In this document: piece by piece, positions 19,549-29,199 of the stretch
Numbering within the stretch: the stretch's first letter is position 1
Layout of the letters: the number at the start of each line of letters is the position of its first letter
Assembly (NCBI GenBank): GCA_003635185.1
Contig: PYJA01000004.1
Coordinates: forward strand, 12,044-76,043
DNA length: 64,000 nucleotides
Reading direction: 5' to 3'
From: Candidatus Poribacteria bacterium
Lineage (GTDB): Bacteria > Poribacteria > WGA-4E > WGA-3G
Notes under the pieces: generated by a model
Told to the model about the DNA's origin: nothing
The model's input: the letters and a program-made list of their open reading frames with translations, nothing else
Databases searched by the model: none
Translations under genes and position numbers: made by a program

Positions 19549-20486
19549 TGGAATTCTCCTTTTTTGCTTAGATGGATTTTCATGGTTTCTTCAAGGTTTT
19601 GGATACCCGCGGTGGTGCCGATAGCAGTTACGCATGCGGCACCGGTGGCAGATGCCAGTTCAGTTGTTTTTTTAAGATCCCATCCTTTTACCGTTCCTGC
19701 GAGAAAACCTGCTACGTAGGCATCACCAGCACCAGTTGCATCAACAACATTCACAGAATATGCGGGGACAAACAGTTCTTCTTCAGTCGTGGAAACGTAA
19801 CTACCGCGTTCACCCATTTTTATTCCAATAGTGCTGATACCGTAGTTCCTTAAAAATTTGGAGATTTCGCGCAGTTCGGATGTACCTGTGAGATGTTCTG
19901 CCTCGGTCAAACTCGGCAAAAAGATGTCAACAAATGGCAAACACGGTTCCAACGTTTTCAGCCACTTTCCTGTTGCGTCCCATGCGGTATCAAGTGAAGT
20001 CGTTATTCCGAATGATTTTGCTTTTTTGAGGACATTCGCCATGGGTTGTCCATCAAATTTAGGCATGACAAGTGCGCCTGCGATGTGCAGAATTTTAGCA
20101 GTCTTAATAATATCCCAATTGAGAGCATCTTCGTTCAGTTCACCATTCGCACCGATGTAGTGGCAGAAACTCCGTTCACCATCGGAAGCGATCGCCACGA
20201 ATGTAAAAGAGGTATTCGCGGTTGCGTCTCGTTGGATGCCTGCAGTGTCAACTCTGTTTTCTGTAAGGTGTTGCAGCACTAAATCTCCAAAATGGTCGTT
20301 GCCAATTTTACCCATCGCACCAACAGAAACACCAAGCCGTGAAAGTGCAATGGCTGTGTTATTGGCACACCCGCCCGCGTGGATTTCCAATTGATCAAAC
20401 AGTTCTAATTTTCCTTTTTCAGGAAAACGGTCAATAGGTCTTCCGAGCACATCAACAACAAAAATTCCGAGCGATAACACATCCAT
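19545..20486 (-). CDS. PfkB-family carbohydrate kinase
   Basis: N-terminal GGCANN motif and C-terminal DATGAGDAYVAGF anion-hole motif. The stop overlaps the next start (ATGA). Confidence 0.8.
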   Translation of the reverse strand: MDVLSLGIFVVDVLGRPIDRFPEKGKLELFDQLEIHAGGCANNTAIALSRLGVSVGAMGKIGNDHFGDLVLQHLTENRVDTAGIQRDATANTSFTFVAIASDGERSFCHYIGANGELNEDALNWDIIKTAKILHIAGALVMPKFDGQPMANVLKKAKSFGITTSLDTAWDATGKWLKTLEPCLPFVDIFLPSLTEAEHLTGTSELREISKFLRNYGISTIGIKMGERGSYVSTTEEELFVPAYSVNVVDATGAGDAYVAGFLAGTVKGWDLKKTTELASATGAACVTAIGTTAGIQNLEETMKIHLSKKGEFQ

Positions 20487-20547
20487 TTTTTTACCTCTTA
20501 TCTCCTAATGTTGTAGGGCGAGAAATGTTTTATATTTTACTTTACAT

Positions 20548-23500
20548 CTACAAATTTGCGGCTTCAGTATATATGCTTCTTCCCTCTCCATAATAGGATT
20601 CATAAACATGCTGATATACTGCTTTCCATTTTTTCTCAAACAGATCTTGCGTAAAGGTTTCAGGCAGTCCTTGATCAAGAATTGTTTGAACAGTCATTTC
20701 AGTTTGGGCACGCAATTGTTGCTGTTTGCGCCAGTCCAAGACTAAATTCTCCTGTTTGAGTGTTTCAATTAATCCCTTCACAGTAGTTTTTACCTCTTCG
20801 CGCTGAGGAAGGGTTAATTGTATTTCAGGTCGTGTTAGAAGATCGAATACCGCTAATTCTTCCTCTGAAAGTTCCTCGGAATCGGCGCGTTGTTCCTCTT
20901 CACGTATTTCCTCTCTTAATCCAGAAAATTTTCCAAGTAAAGTGTCAACATCAGACGTAGCGTTGTATTCCTCAATCATCTGTTCAAATTTCTCTTGAAG
21001 ATCAATTCGGCTTTTGTTAAGTTGAACCATCTCCTTGAGTTTTCTATTTATAGCACCCTTTAATCTTTCAGCTTGTGTGCGTTTGTGTTCTGTGTCGAAT
21101 TGTTCAGCCAGATGTTCAAAGTCAATTTGGCTTAAGTCAATTTGTTCTGAGTCATAGGTATGTTGACCTGCACTGATGATGTAACCTTCAGGGGCGATTG
21201 AGCGGTCCAATAATTCTTCTACTGCATTTTCGACCTCCGAGATGTCAACGGGTTCACGGAGATTCTTTATTTTCCGAGCGATAGTGTTTATCAGTGAACA
21301 TATCCCGATGAACTCATTCGCTGCAGTGTCGGGTAGAATTGCTTTGAATAATTTATAGATTTTGTTTGCTTGTTCGAGATAGTCATTTTTGGTTTGATCG
21401 TTGACCAGAATAAGATTTACTGCTTCGTCAATTAATTGGATTTGCTGCAGGCTATCAGTCACTTGGATTCTGGAAAAGTCAATTCCAAGGTTACTACAAA
21501 ACTCAGAGATTTCCGCGATTGCTTCTCTAAGCTCCTCAATAAGTTCCGATTTATCTGCAATAGGATTGCTTCCGTTCCCGTTAGATCCTGTAGCATAGAT
21601 AGCAAGTGCCTTTTCAAGGTCACGAAAGATGCCGATGTAGTCAACGATTAACCCGTTGACTTTATCTTCAAACACACGATTGGCTCTTGCAATTGTCTGC
21701 ATCAATGTATGGTTGCGTTGCGGTTTGTCAAGATAGATTGTTGAACATGAAGGGACATCAAAACCTGTGGTCCACATTGCACAGAGGAAAACAATACGGA
21801 AAGGATCATCTGGGTTTTTAAATTTGGTGTCCAAATCTTCTGTGTTCATGCGTTGCCGATGCGGACTTATGTCAACGCCTTTCCTTCTTAGATCATCAAT
21901 TTCGTTTTGTGATTGTGATACCACTACGGCCATATCGGTTTCTTCCATAAATTGAATTAACGCCTTAAGCGGTTTCTCTCTGTCTCTTGTAACGCCACTG
22001 TCCAATTCTGATTTCAGAGATTGAATTTTCTGTCTCCAGTACTTCTGAACTTTGTCGTACATTTTAACTGCTGTGGGTTTGTCAATAGAGATGACCATTG
22101 CCTTCCCCCTATAACCTCTGCCGATAAAATGTGAAACGATGTCTTCTGCCACTTTTTCTAAACGTTCATCCCGCGTAATGAGATGATATTCGCGTGCAAA
22201 CTCACGTTCCAGTCTTGCTTCTTGTGCCTCATCCAATTCCGCTTGCTCAAGAATCTGTTCAATGTCGGTATTTAAATCCTCATTTGTCAATTGCAATCTG
22301 GGAACGCGGTTCTCATAGTAGAGCGGGACGGTTGCTTTATCCTCTACGGATTGCTTGAAATCGTAAACTGACACTTCGTCTCCAAACACTTCACGTGTCT
22401 TTTCTTCACCTGCCATTAGCGGTGTACCTGTAAACGCAATATATGCAGCATTCGGGAGCGCGGTACGCATATTTAACGCTAATGTGTCGTATTGACTACG
22501 GTGTGCTTCATCGGTAATGACAATAATGTCTGATCGATCAGAGAGGACAGGATGCGGTTCATTATCTGCTGTCTGAAATTTATGGATAAGCGTGAAAACA
22601 TAACGGTGATCTTCGCTGAGCAGTTGACGGAGATCTTTGATGTTTTCCGCATGCACATCCTGCTGTGTTAAGACACCGCTGGCACTCGCGAAGGTTTTGT
22701 AAATCTGGTTGTCCAATTCTTTGCGGTCTGTTACGACAACGAATGTCCAGTGACCTTGCATCTTTCTGAGGACTTTCTGTGCAAAGAAGATCATTGAGAC
22801 ACTTTTACCACTCCCTTGCGTATGCCAGAACACACCGAGTTTTCCAAGATTGGATTCGTTTTCCTGCAATGCCTTAATTGCGTTGTTTACGCCCAAGTAT
22901 TGATGATTTTTTGAGACCAGTTTTTTTGTGCTACCATGGTCCTCCTTAAACAGTGTAAAATTTTCAACGATGTCCAATAATCGTTTTGGTTCACAGACAC
23001 CTTGCAATAGTGTTTCCAGTGAGACTCTCTGCTGTTCATCTTCACTTTCAATCCGTTTCCATTCGGTGAAGTGTTCCCATTTGGAAGTGAGGCTACCAAC
23101 GCGGCTCCTTGAACTGTTGGAAACTATAATTAAGGCGTTATACCAGAAAAGGTGAGGGATTGTGTCTTTGTAGTCTCGGAGGTTGTCAATGTAGGCTGCG
23201 TGTAAGTTTTCGTCAATCCGCTTGAATTCCATTAAGACTAAAGGAATTCCGTTGACGAATCCTATCAGGTCTGGCCGTCTGGTATACATGTCACCAGTGA
23301 TCCAGAATTGTGACGCTGCGAAAAAGTCGTTATTTTCTGGATTCTCCCAGTCAATGACTTTAATGACTGAAACAGTTTCTTCTTGCATGTTCGGGTCGGT
23401 GTCAGTTATTTTAACGCCATCTTTCAGAAAATTATAGATTTCCCGATTCGCTTCAACAAGACTCATGACAGCGCGGGATTGCGTTAATTCTTCAATTGCA

Positions 23501-23724
23501 GCACCAATAGCATCTTCAGGTGCATCGGGGTTGAGTCGTTCTAACGCCGCGCGGAGCCTATCGGTTAGCACGACTTCAGATTTTGCTGCTCTGCCAGTTC
23601 GAATTTCGCTGTCGTATTCAAATTCGTTTAAACAATCCTGAGTTTGCCACCCTATTTCTTTGAGCAATGCGATTGCGGGTTGTTCTACAAGTTGATCTTC
23701 ACTGTATGGGTTTTGCATAATCAC
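20548..23724 (-). CDS. hsdR: Type I restriction enzyme R subunit
   Basis: 1058 aa. N-terminal nuclease region, helicase motif I HTQGSGKS, motif II ITDEAHRSQ, long C-terminal coiled-coil tail. Confidence 0.9.
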   Translation of the reverse strand: MIMQNPYSEDQLVEQPAIALLKEIGWQTQDCLNEFEYDSEIRTGRAAKSEVVLTDRLRAALERLNPDAPEDAIGAAIEELTQSRAVMSLVEANREIYNFLKDGVKITDTDPNMQEETVSVIKVIDWENPENNDFFAASQFWITGDMYTRRPDLIGFVNGIPLVLMEFKRIDENLHAAYIDNLRDYKDTIPHLFWYNALIIVSNSSRSRVGSLTSKWEHFTEWKRIESEDEQQRVSLETLLQGVCEPKRLLDIVENFTLFKEDHGSTKKLVSKNHQYLGVNNAIKALQENESNLGKLGVFWHTQGSGKSVSMIFFAQKVLRKMQGHWTFVVVTDRKELDNQIYKTFASASGVLTQQDVHAENIKDLRQLLSEDHRYVFTLIHKFQTADNEPHPVLSDRSDIIVITDEAHRSQYDTLALNMRTALPNAAYIAFTGTPLMAGEEKTREVFGDEVSVYDFKQSVEDKATVPLYYENRVPRLQLTNEDLNTDIEQILEQAELDEAQEARLEREFAREYHLITRDERLEKVAEDIVSHFIGRGYRGKAMVISIDKPTAVKMYDKVQKYWRQKIQSLKSELDSGVTRDREKPLKALIQFMEETDMAVVVSQSQNEIDDLRRKGVDISPHRQRMNTEDLDTKFKNPDDPFRIVFLCAMWTTGFDVPSCSTIYLDKPQRNHTLMQTIARANRVFEDKVNGLIVDYIGIFRDLEKALAIYATGSNGNGSNPIADKSELIEELREAIAEISEFCSNLGIDFSRIQVTDSLQQIQLIDEAVNLILVNDQTKNDYLEQANKIYKLFKAILPDTAANEFIGICSLINTIARKIKNLREPVDISEVENAVEELLDRSIAPEGYIISAGQHTYDSEQIDLSQIDFEHLAEQFDTEHKRTQAERLKGAINRKLKEMVQLNKSRIDLQEKFEQMIEEYNATSDVDTLLGKFSGLREEIREEEQRADSEELSEEELAVFDLLTRPEIQLTLPQREEVKTTVKGLIETLKQENLVLDWRKQQQLRAQTEMTVQTILDQGLPETFTQDLFEKKWKAVYQHVYESYYGEGRSIYTEAANL

Positions 23725-23730
23725 TGGATA

Positions 23731-24099
23731 TCAGTACGGAATATATGTTATCTGATCTCGGAAATCTTCTGGCACACTTGCCAGACATATCAATTCAAGC
23801 GTATCAATGATTTGTTGGTAAGAAACGCGGGGACGTAATAGCAGAATACCTGGAATATGTCTCCCTTTTTTGAGGTGTGCTTGCAAATGGATCGGCATTG
23901 TGCTTCGGTTTGATGAGACAAGAATATATCCCTCACGTTCCAGAAATTTAAGAATTTCCTCATCTTTTGTGCTAATTGGTGGTACACCTTCACTCCCAAT
24001 GACCCGAACCTCAACTTCTGGTTGTCTTCGCTTGAGTCCATCACGGATAACATGTGAGGTATTTTCATCAAGCAGAAAGCGAATTTGGTATTTATTCAT
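23731..24099 (-). CDS. DUF5615-type PIN-like protein (putative toxin)
   Basis: 122 aa starting ..IRFLLDENTSHVIRDGL, typical of DUF5615 proteins that pair with DUF433. Confidence 0.6.
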   Translation of the reverse strand: MNKYQIRFLLDENTSHVIRDGLKRRQPEVEVRVIGSEGVPPISTKDEEILKFLEREGYILVSSNRSTMPIHLQAHLKKGRHIPGILLLRPRVSYQQIIDTLELICLASVPEDFRDQITYIPY

Positions 24100-24101
24100 T
24101 A

Positions 24102-24458
24102 TTACGCTGAATAATATCCTTGCGCTTCAAGCTCCGCTTTAATTTTCATGAGACGCTTGACACCAGGAGACGGGTTTTTTAGCTGCTCCTCATAAGCAGC
24201 CTCTGCATGTTTGATTCCCTCTGCAATATAGGTGTCGATTTTCTTTTTATTCAATAGATAATAGGTAATCGTAACATAAATCTGCTCTAACGTCAGATTT
24301 GGATATAGCCGTTGAATTTCCCTTGGGTCTGCCCCCTTAAGAAATTGCTCAATGACAATTTCAATGCCGACGCGTGTCCCTTTTATCCGAATTGCCGTTG
24401 GGTTGATGAATTCAAACATATCTTCAATTTTCATCATTAATTCCTTTGTCATCAACAA
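24102..24458 (-). CDS. DUF433 domain protein (putative antitoxin)
   Basis: IRIKGTRVGIEIVIEQFLKGADPREIQRLYPNLTLEQIYVTITYY matches the DUF433 core. It lies 2 nt upstream of the DUF5615 gene. Confidence 0.6.
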   Translation of the reverse strand: MLMTKELMMKIEDMFEFINPTAIRIKGTRVGIEIVIEQFLKGADPREIQRLYPNLTLEQIYVTITYYLLNKKKIDTYIAEGIKHAEAAYEEQLKNPSPGVKRLMKIKAELEAQGYYSA

Positions 24459-24556
24459 GATATTGCGGGTTGATTTTGAGCATGGATGTCCTCCTAATTG
24501 CCTTGTTGATATTATACATCTTCACGGTTGTACTTGTCAATTGCTTTCAGAGGGTG

Positions 24557-25768
24557 TTAAATAGTGCTGTCTCTGTCAATGTCAAGTTCGGATACGTCTA
24601 TTTCGCCAGAGATAAGTTTGGGAAGGAAGAGGTCGCGGGTTTGGCGAAGGTTGATGTTTTTCAAACGGAGAGTGTTACAGATATTCACCAAAGGACTTAC
24701 CTTTTGCCGGAAATCATTTAGAAGAGATTCCGTTGGTATGGACACGGGCATGTTGAGGAAGTCATCAGGTTTGACTCTCTGATGACTGGTAGAAGTCCCT
24801 AATGCACGGACAATAAAGTTTTCGGTAAATTCAGGAGACCGAAACAAATTATACAGAAACATACAATTAACTGGTGGTTTGGGTTTTAAAATAAAAAATT
24901 CGGTTGAAGCTATTGCTTTATGTTCTGTGTTTAAGAAGGGAAGCCAGACCCGAGGAATACGTGGATTCAGTTTAGATAAGAGAACTGACCCACCTGTGAC
25001 TAAGTATTTAGCACTTCTAATTGAATCACCATCCTCCAGAGCCGGCATGTGTTCATTATCAAAAGCAGGTATACTGAAATGTGCAAAAATTTCCTCTGGG
25101 AATTTGCTTGGAGTAATTCCATTCCTTACTAAATCTAATATGTCTGAAAATTGGACTACTTCCCATCCCCTGGGTATCGGTCCTAACTCTGACTCTACCT
25201 TCGGCACGTTCTCAGGTCCGGGAAATTGGTGGTGGACGAACCATTCTCGGTAGAGGGTTTGTGCCATGTCTTCAAGGATTTTGATGCGGCGGGTGTTGTT
25301 TTCTATGAGGTTGTCGTAGGTGCTGAGAATGGAAGTAATTTTTTGCTGGATAGGAATAGGGGGAAGAGTCAATTTGATGGTCTTAAGGTTTGTTTGAGAT
25401 AGCTTAGGTTGTGCTGTACCTGTGAGGTAACCTATAATTGCCACGTTAGAAAGAGCATAGTATAAAAAATCTGTTGAAATTGGTGATTTACCCCTAACGA
25501 CATGAGCATGGTTACTTACCCAAAATTTACCATTTACTAAATTTAAAACTGGCTTTCCATCCTGGGTAATAACACTACCATCTTCTGCAATCAATAAATA
25601 TCTGCCATCGAAAATGTAATCATCAACAGAGTCAATTATTCCCGCTGCACCATAATACGGAAATTCTCCCTGTCGTTCACTTCTCTGTCTGGTATTTAAA
25701 GGAATACGTTTGTGATCGTAGAGTTCAATTACCTCACCTAAAGTTGTTTCTGTCCACAAATCAATCAT
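24557..25768 (-). CDS. hsdS: Type I restriction-modification specificity subunit
   Basis: 403 aa with two TRD halves. Each half is followed by a conserved helix (ILSTYDNLIENNTRRIKILEDMAQ; ...LRLKNINLRQTRDLFLPKLISGEI). Confidence 0.85.
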   Translation of the reverse strand: MIDLWTETTLGEVIELYDHKRIPLNTRQRSERQGEFPYYGAAGIIDSVDDYIFDGRYLLIAEDGSVITQDGKPVLNLVNGKFWVSNHAHVVRGKSPISTDFLYYALSNVAIIGYLTGTAQPKLSQTNLKTIKLTLPPIPIQQKITSILSTYDNLIENNTRRIKILEDMAQTLYREWFVHHQFPGPENVPKVESELGPIPRGWEVVQFSDILDLVRNGITPSKFPEEIFAHFSIPAFDNEHMPALEDGDSIRSAKYLVTGGSVLLSKLNPRIPRVWLPFLNTEHKAIASTEFFILKPKPPVNCMFLYNLFRSPEFTENFIVRALGTSTSHQRVKPDDFLNMPVSIPTESLLNDFRQKVSPLVNICNTLRLKNINLRQTRDLFLPKLISGEIDVSELDIDRDSTI

Positions 25769-25785
25769 ACAACACCCTAAAATTA

Positions 25786-26877
25786 TTAGGTATTAACTTC
25801 GATCATGGCTAAGTTTTGCTCCGCTAAGAATTTTTTAAGATCTTCTGTGTATTCTGGCATAAGTTCTATATCTACTATACGGTACAATTCACGGCCAGCT
25901 CGGGAACAAGAAAAACCCTGCAATTTAAACTCCTGAATCGGATCTAAAGGACTAAATATCCAATCCCGCTCTTGATGCCAAAAGGGTTGAGGCATTGGAT
26001 TGCTCAGGTTCTCTATACATAAATTATAGGGATATAAATAAACGTTTTCCATAAAATCAACCAATCCGTACTCAATTAGGTTATCAAGTTGATAATAATT
26101 CAAGCATCCCTCGCTCAAACCCACTTGTCTAAGGTTTCTGCCCAGAGTGAGAACTCTAACATCAATTACATATCCATCAGTTCGATTCTCAAAAGCAATA
26201 GACGTTGAACACAGTTTTTTGAATAAGACAGCGACATCATGGTCCAATTCACTTAAGATTTTCACAGTTCGTGTAGAATATGATCCCGGTTTTCTAATTT
26301 CCCCCGCTAAGACACGACCAAAATGACGCTGCATGTCTTCAGTGCTTACCTGCCGGGCTTCAGTTTCAAAGTTGTTAAGCCAATCATCGTTGATTGTTGT
26401 TTCCTCGTTATTATCTGTTCCCTGATTTGTTGCCTCTGCAGGTCCTTCTTTATTAGGTTCACCAGTGCTTTGATTTGTTTTCTCTGCAGCTATCGCTTTC
26501 TTAAGTTCCTCTGCAGCAATAGCAGAGATTTTATCGAGGTTAACCTGTTCGCGCAATATTTTTTGGCCATATTTGCTTACAGCTATCCGTGCATATTCTG
26601 GGTCAACCTTCATCTGTTGAGCAATTTGGTCTGCATTTTCCCTGATAATCTTAATACGTGCTTCTGACTCTGCTCGTTTTTCGGAGGACCTCCGCTCAAG
26701 AGCTTCAACAGGCACATCGATTAAAGCAGAACAGAGTCGGTCAAAAGCTTTAAATACGTTCCGTCTAATTGGAGCGGGAATGGTTGAATCTAACGCAAGA
26801 TCGGTGACAGCATCAAGAGTGGTGTTTGGTGCTTCTTCGGTTGTTACGGGTAGGTCGGGTTTCGTTTCATCAGACAT
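25786..26877 (-). CDS. Hypothetical protein, DUF2806-like (coiled-coil N-half, globular C-half)
   Basis: The segment DDWLNNFETEARQVSTEDMQRHFGRVLAGEIRKPGSYSTRTVKILSEL resembles, from memory, the DUF2806 core. It lies between hsdS and hsdM. Confidence 0.4.
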   Translation of the reverse strand: MSDETKPDLPVTTEEAPNTTLDAVTDLALDSTIPAPIRRNVFKAFDRLCSALIDVPVEALERRSSEKRAESEARIKIIRENADQIAQQMKVDPEYARIAVSKYGQKILREQVNLDKISAIAAEELKKAIAAEKTNQSTGEPNKEGPAEATNQGTDNNEETTINDDWLNNFETEARQVSTEDMQRHFGRVLAGEIRKPGSYSTRTVKILSELDHDVAVLFKKLCSTSIAFENRTDGYVIDVRVLTLGRNLRQVGLSEGCLNYYQLDNLIEYGLVDFMENVYLYPYNLCIENLSNPMPQPFWHQERDWIFSPLDPIQEFKLQGFSCSRAGRELYRIVDIELMPEYTEDLKKFLAEQNLAMIEVNT

Positions 26878-26935
26878 ACTTATATCCTTTCTCTTGCGCC
26901 GATAACAATCCTTCTTTCAAGCAAATCTGGTTTCA

Positions 26936-27265
26936 CTAAGTCGCAACGACTCGCAGGTGTCCGCCTTTTTCGTTGGAAGGCTTAATATGAATTTCAACGT
27001 CTCGGTTTAGCTTCTTCAGAATCACAAGCAGACGTTCTACTGTAAAATCTTCAAAATCCATCTTCTTCAGACGTTTCACATCATTCAGATCAAGTCCGAA
27101 GCGTTTTGACGCTTTTGCTGGTGTCAGTTTCAGTTCTTTAAGCAGGCAGTGGATTGTATAGGCGAGGTCTACCCTTAACAACTCACGTTCCGCTTCTTCT
27201 TCAGAGAAACCGATGTCTAAAAACACATTGCCAGAACTCTTTGTAAATTTGATTTCTTCAGTCAT
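26936..27265 (-). CDS. XRE-type HTH antitoxin (HigA-like), copy 1
   Basis: MTEEIKFTKSSGNVFLDIGF... Start set by analogy with copy 2. It overlaps the toxin stop by 8 nt. Confidence 0.65.
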   Translation of the reverse strand: MTEEIKFTKSSGNVFLDIGFSEEEAERELLRVDLAYTIHCLLKELKLTPAKASKRFGLDLNDVKRLKKMDFEDFTVERLLVILKKLNRDVEIHIKPSNEKGGHLRVVAT

Positions 27266-27614
27266 TTTTAGTCTCCATTTCATGCGCCATTTTTAATCTC
27301 TGTTTAATCAAATCAATTTCCTTTTTAGGGGTGCGGATACCACGCGTGGATTTCTTTTGGAATGCGTGGAGCACATAAATATTCTCACCCAATTTGACAG
27401 TATAAACTGCGCGATAAGTATTCGTATCGTAACGAGCAGTGATCTGAAATACACCTGAACCTACTCCCCGTAGCGGTTTTGCATTTTCGTCTTTGCCTCC
27501 CATTTGAGCGATACGTAATGCTTCACCTACCGTTGTTTTCGCAGCTTTAGGAAAATTCCGTACTCGCGCATGCGAATCACCAACCCATATTACATCTTTC
27601 ATCGCTTCATTCAA
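27258..27614 (-). CDS. RelE/ParE-superfamily toxin, HigB/Gp49-like, copy 1
   Basis: 118 aa; RAVYTVKLGENIYVLHAFQKKSTRGIRTPKKEIDLIKQRLK is typical of Gp49/HigB-type toxins encoded upstream of an XRE antitoxin. Confidence 0.65.
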   Translation of the reverse strand: MNEAMKDVIWVGDSHARVRNFPKAAKTTVGEALRIAQMGGKDENAKPLRGVGSGVFQITARYDTNTYRAVYTVKLGENIYVLHAFQKKSTRGIRTPKKEIDLIKQRLKMAHEMETKND

Positions 27615-27675
27615 AATTCTACCTGATTCTCTAAAATGTGTTTTTTATGTTTCCAGCGAGGTGTCGGTGATTATC

Positions 27676-27975
27676 TTACACAGGGATATGTTCCACTTCA
27701 ATCTCAAGCCATGAATCCCATTGATGATCAGAGACATAAGTTTTGCCAATTTTTTTTATTTTTTCTATGTACATATCTACTTTTTCTAAATCTGAGTCTT
27801 TTGGATAGGTAACCATTAGTGTAAGTGTTTTTCCATCATCTTTTGGCATATATATATACTTGAATTTTCCATCATAAGGCACCTCCAGAATTGATGAAAA
27901 TGAATTTAATGCAAACGCTAACCATTCTAAACGAGACGGGGTGTAATGCTCTAAACCTGGTGCTTTTTCTGCCAT
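27676..27975 (-). CDS. Hypothetical 99-aa protein
   Basis: Clean ORF between the two HigBA-like modules. No recognisable motif. Confidence 0.4.
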   Translation of the reverse strand: MAEKAPGLEHYTPSRLEWLAFALNSFSSILEVPYDGKFKYIYMPKDDGKTLTLMVTYPKDSDLEKVDMYIEKIKKIGKTYVSDHQWDSWLEIEVEHIPV

Positions 27976-27993
27976 GCTGATCTCCTTTGTTCA

Positions 27994-28401
27994 TTATAGG
28001 TACTTGCTAATTAGCGGGACAATCACAGCAGCGATTGCTACGGTTGTGCCTATAAACCATCTCAATCCTGAGATTCTTTCCTTGATGTCATCTCTAACTA
28101 CTTGAATATCGTTCTCTAAGTCTGTTTTGACTTCTCTGATGTTATTCTCTAAGTCTGTTTTGACTTCTCTGATGTTATTCTCTAAGTCTGTTTTGACTTC
28201 TCTGATGTTATTCTCTAAGTCACTTTTGACTTGCAACAAGTCTGTTCTGACTTGCATAATGTCACCCTTCAGATCTGTTTTGACTTCATTCATCCGATTT
28301 TCAAGGCGAGATTCATTTTTTACGAGCTCTATGCCAGTCCCTTTTTTGTCAGTTGTATGGATTTGTAGGAATTCAAATATTTCGTCTTTGGTATTCACCA
28401 T
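27994..28401 (-). CDS. Tail-anchored coiled-coil protein with 11-aa tandem repeats (DUF1640-like by appearance)
   Basis: ATG at 28401 after AAGGAG. Contains (ENNIREVKTDL)x3 and ends in one C-terminal TM segment, WFIGTTVAIAAVIVPLI. Confidence 0.45.
   Translation of the reverse strand: MVNTKDEIFEFLQIHTTDKKGTGIELVKNESRLENRMNEVKTDLKGDIMQVRTDLLQVKSDLENNIREVKTDLENNIREVKTDLENNIREVKTDLENDIQVVRDDIKERISGLRWFIGTTVAIAAVIVPLISKYL
28113..28211. repeat. Three perfect 33-bp tandem repeats inside the coiled-coil ORF
   Basis: The unit tctctaagtctgttttgacttctctgatgttat occurs at 28113-28145, 28146-28178 and 28179-28211. Degenerate copies lie on both sides. Confidence 0.9.
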
Positions 28402-28502
28402 GACCCACTCCTTATTGGCAGTTGCTTCTTGTATTGAACAAAGTTTATCATAACGGGACACAAAATACCAGAAAATAATAATTTGGATTATGGGAGGATA
28501 GA

Positions 28503-28832
28503 TCACGAAGTCGTAACGACTCGCAGGTGTCCGCCTTCTTCGTTTGAAGGTGTGATGCGAATCTCAACGTTGCGGTTCAACTGATTCAGGATTGTAAAGA
28601 GTTTGTCTATGTTAAAATCGAAATCCCCGTTCTGTATTCGGGACACATCGGATGGATTGAGTCCGAAACGTTCCTCTGCTTTTACTGGCGTGAGTTTGAG
28701 TTCATCAAGTAAGCGATAGATTTTAATGACGAGATCCACTCTTAACTGTTCACGCTCAGCTTCTTCTTTAGAGAAACCGATATCTAAAAACACATTTCCG
28801 GAACTCTTTGTAAATTTAACCTCTTCACTCAT
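28503..28832 (-). CDS. XRE-type HTH antitoxin (HigA-like), copy 2
   Basis: MSEEVKFTKSSGNVFLDIGFSKEEAERE..; clearly paralogous to 26936-27265. Confidence 0.65.
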   Translation of the reverse strand: MSEEVKFTKSSGNVFLDIGFSKEEAEREQLRVDLVIKIYRLLDELKLTPVKAEERFGLNPSDVSRIQNGDFDFNIDKLFTILNQLNRNVEIRITPSNEEGGHLRVVTTS

Positions 28833-29181
28833 TTTTTGCCTCCATTTCCTGCGCCATTTTCAGACGCTGTTTAATCAAATCAATTTCCTTTTTAGGTGTG
28901 CGGATACCACGTGTGGATTTCTTCTGGAATGCGTGAAGTACATAGATACTCTCACCTAACTTAACAGTATAAACAGCACGGTATGTGTTCGTATCGTAAC
29001 GAGCGGTAATTTCCAATACTCCCGAACCTATTCCCCGCAACGGTTTAGCATTCTTGTGTTTAGATCCAGATTGAGCAGCCTGTAATGCTCTACCTACTGT
29101 CGTTCTCGCAGCTTTAGGAAAACTCCGTACTCGCGTATGCGAATCACCAACCCATATTACATCTTTCATTGCTTCATTCAT
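28825..29181 (-). CDS. RelE/ParE-superfamily toxin, HigB/Gp49-like, copy 2
   Basis: 118 aa, near-colinear with 27258-27614 (roughly 85% DNA identity by eye). Confidence 0.65.
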   Translation of the reverse strand: MNEAMKDVIWVGDSHTRVRSFPKAARTTVGRALQAAQSGSKHKNAKPLRGIGSGVLEITARYDTNTYRAVYTVKLGESIYVLHAFQKKSTRGIRTPKKEIDLIKQRLKMAQEMEAKNE

Positions 29182-29199
29182 AATTTGACGCTTTTAATA

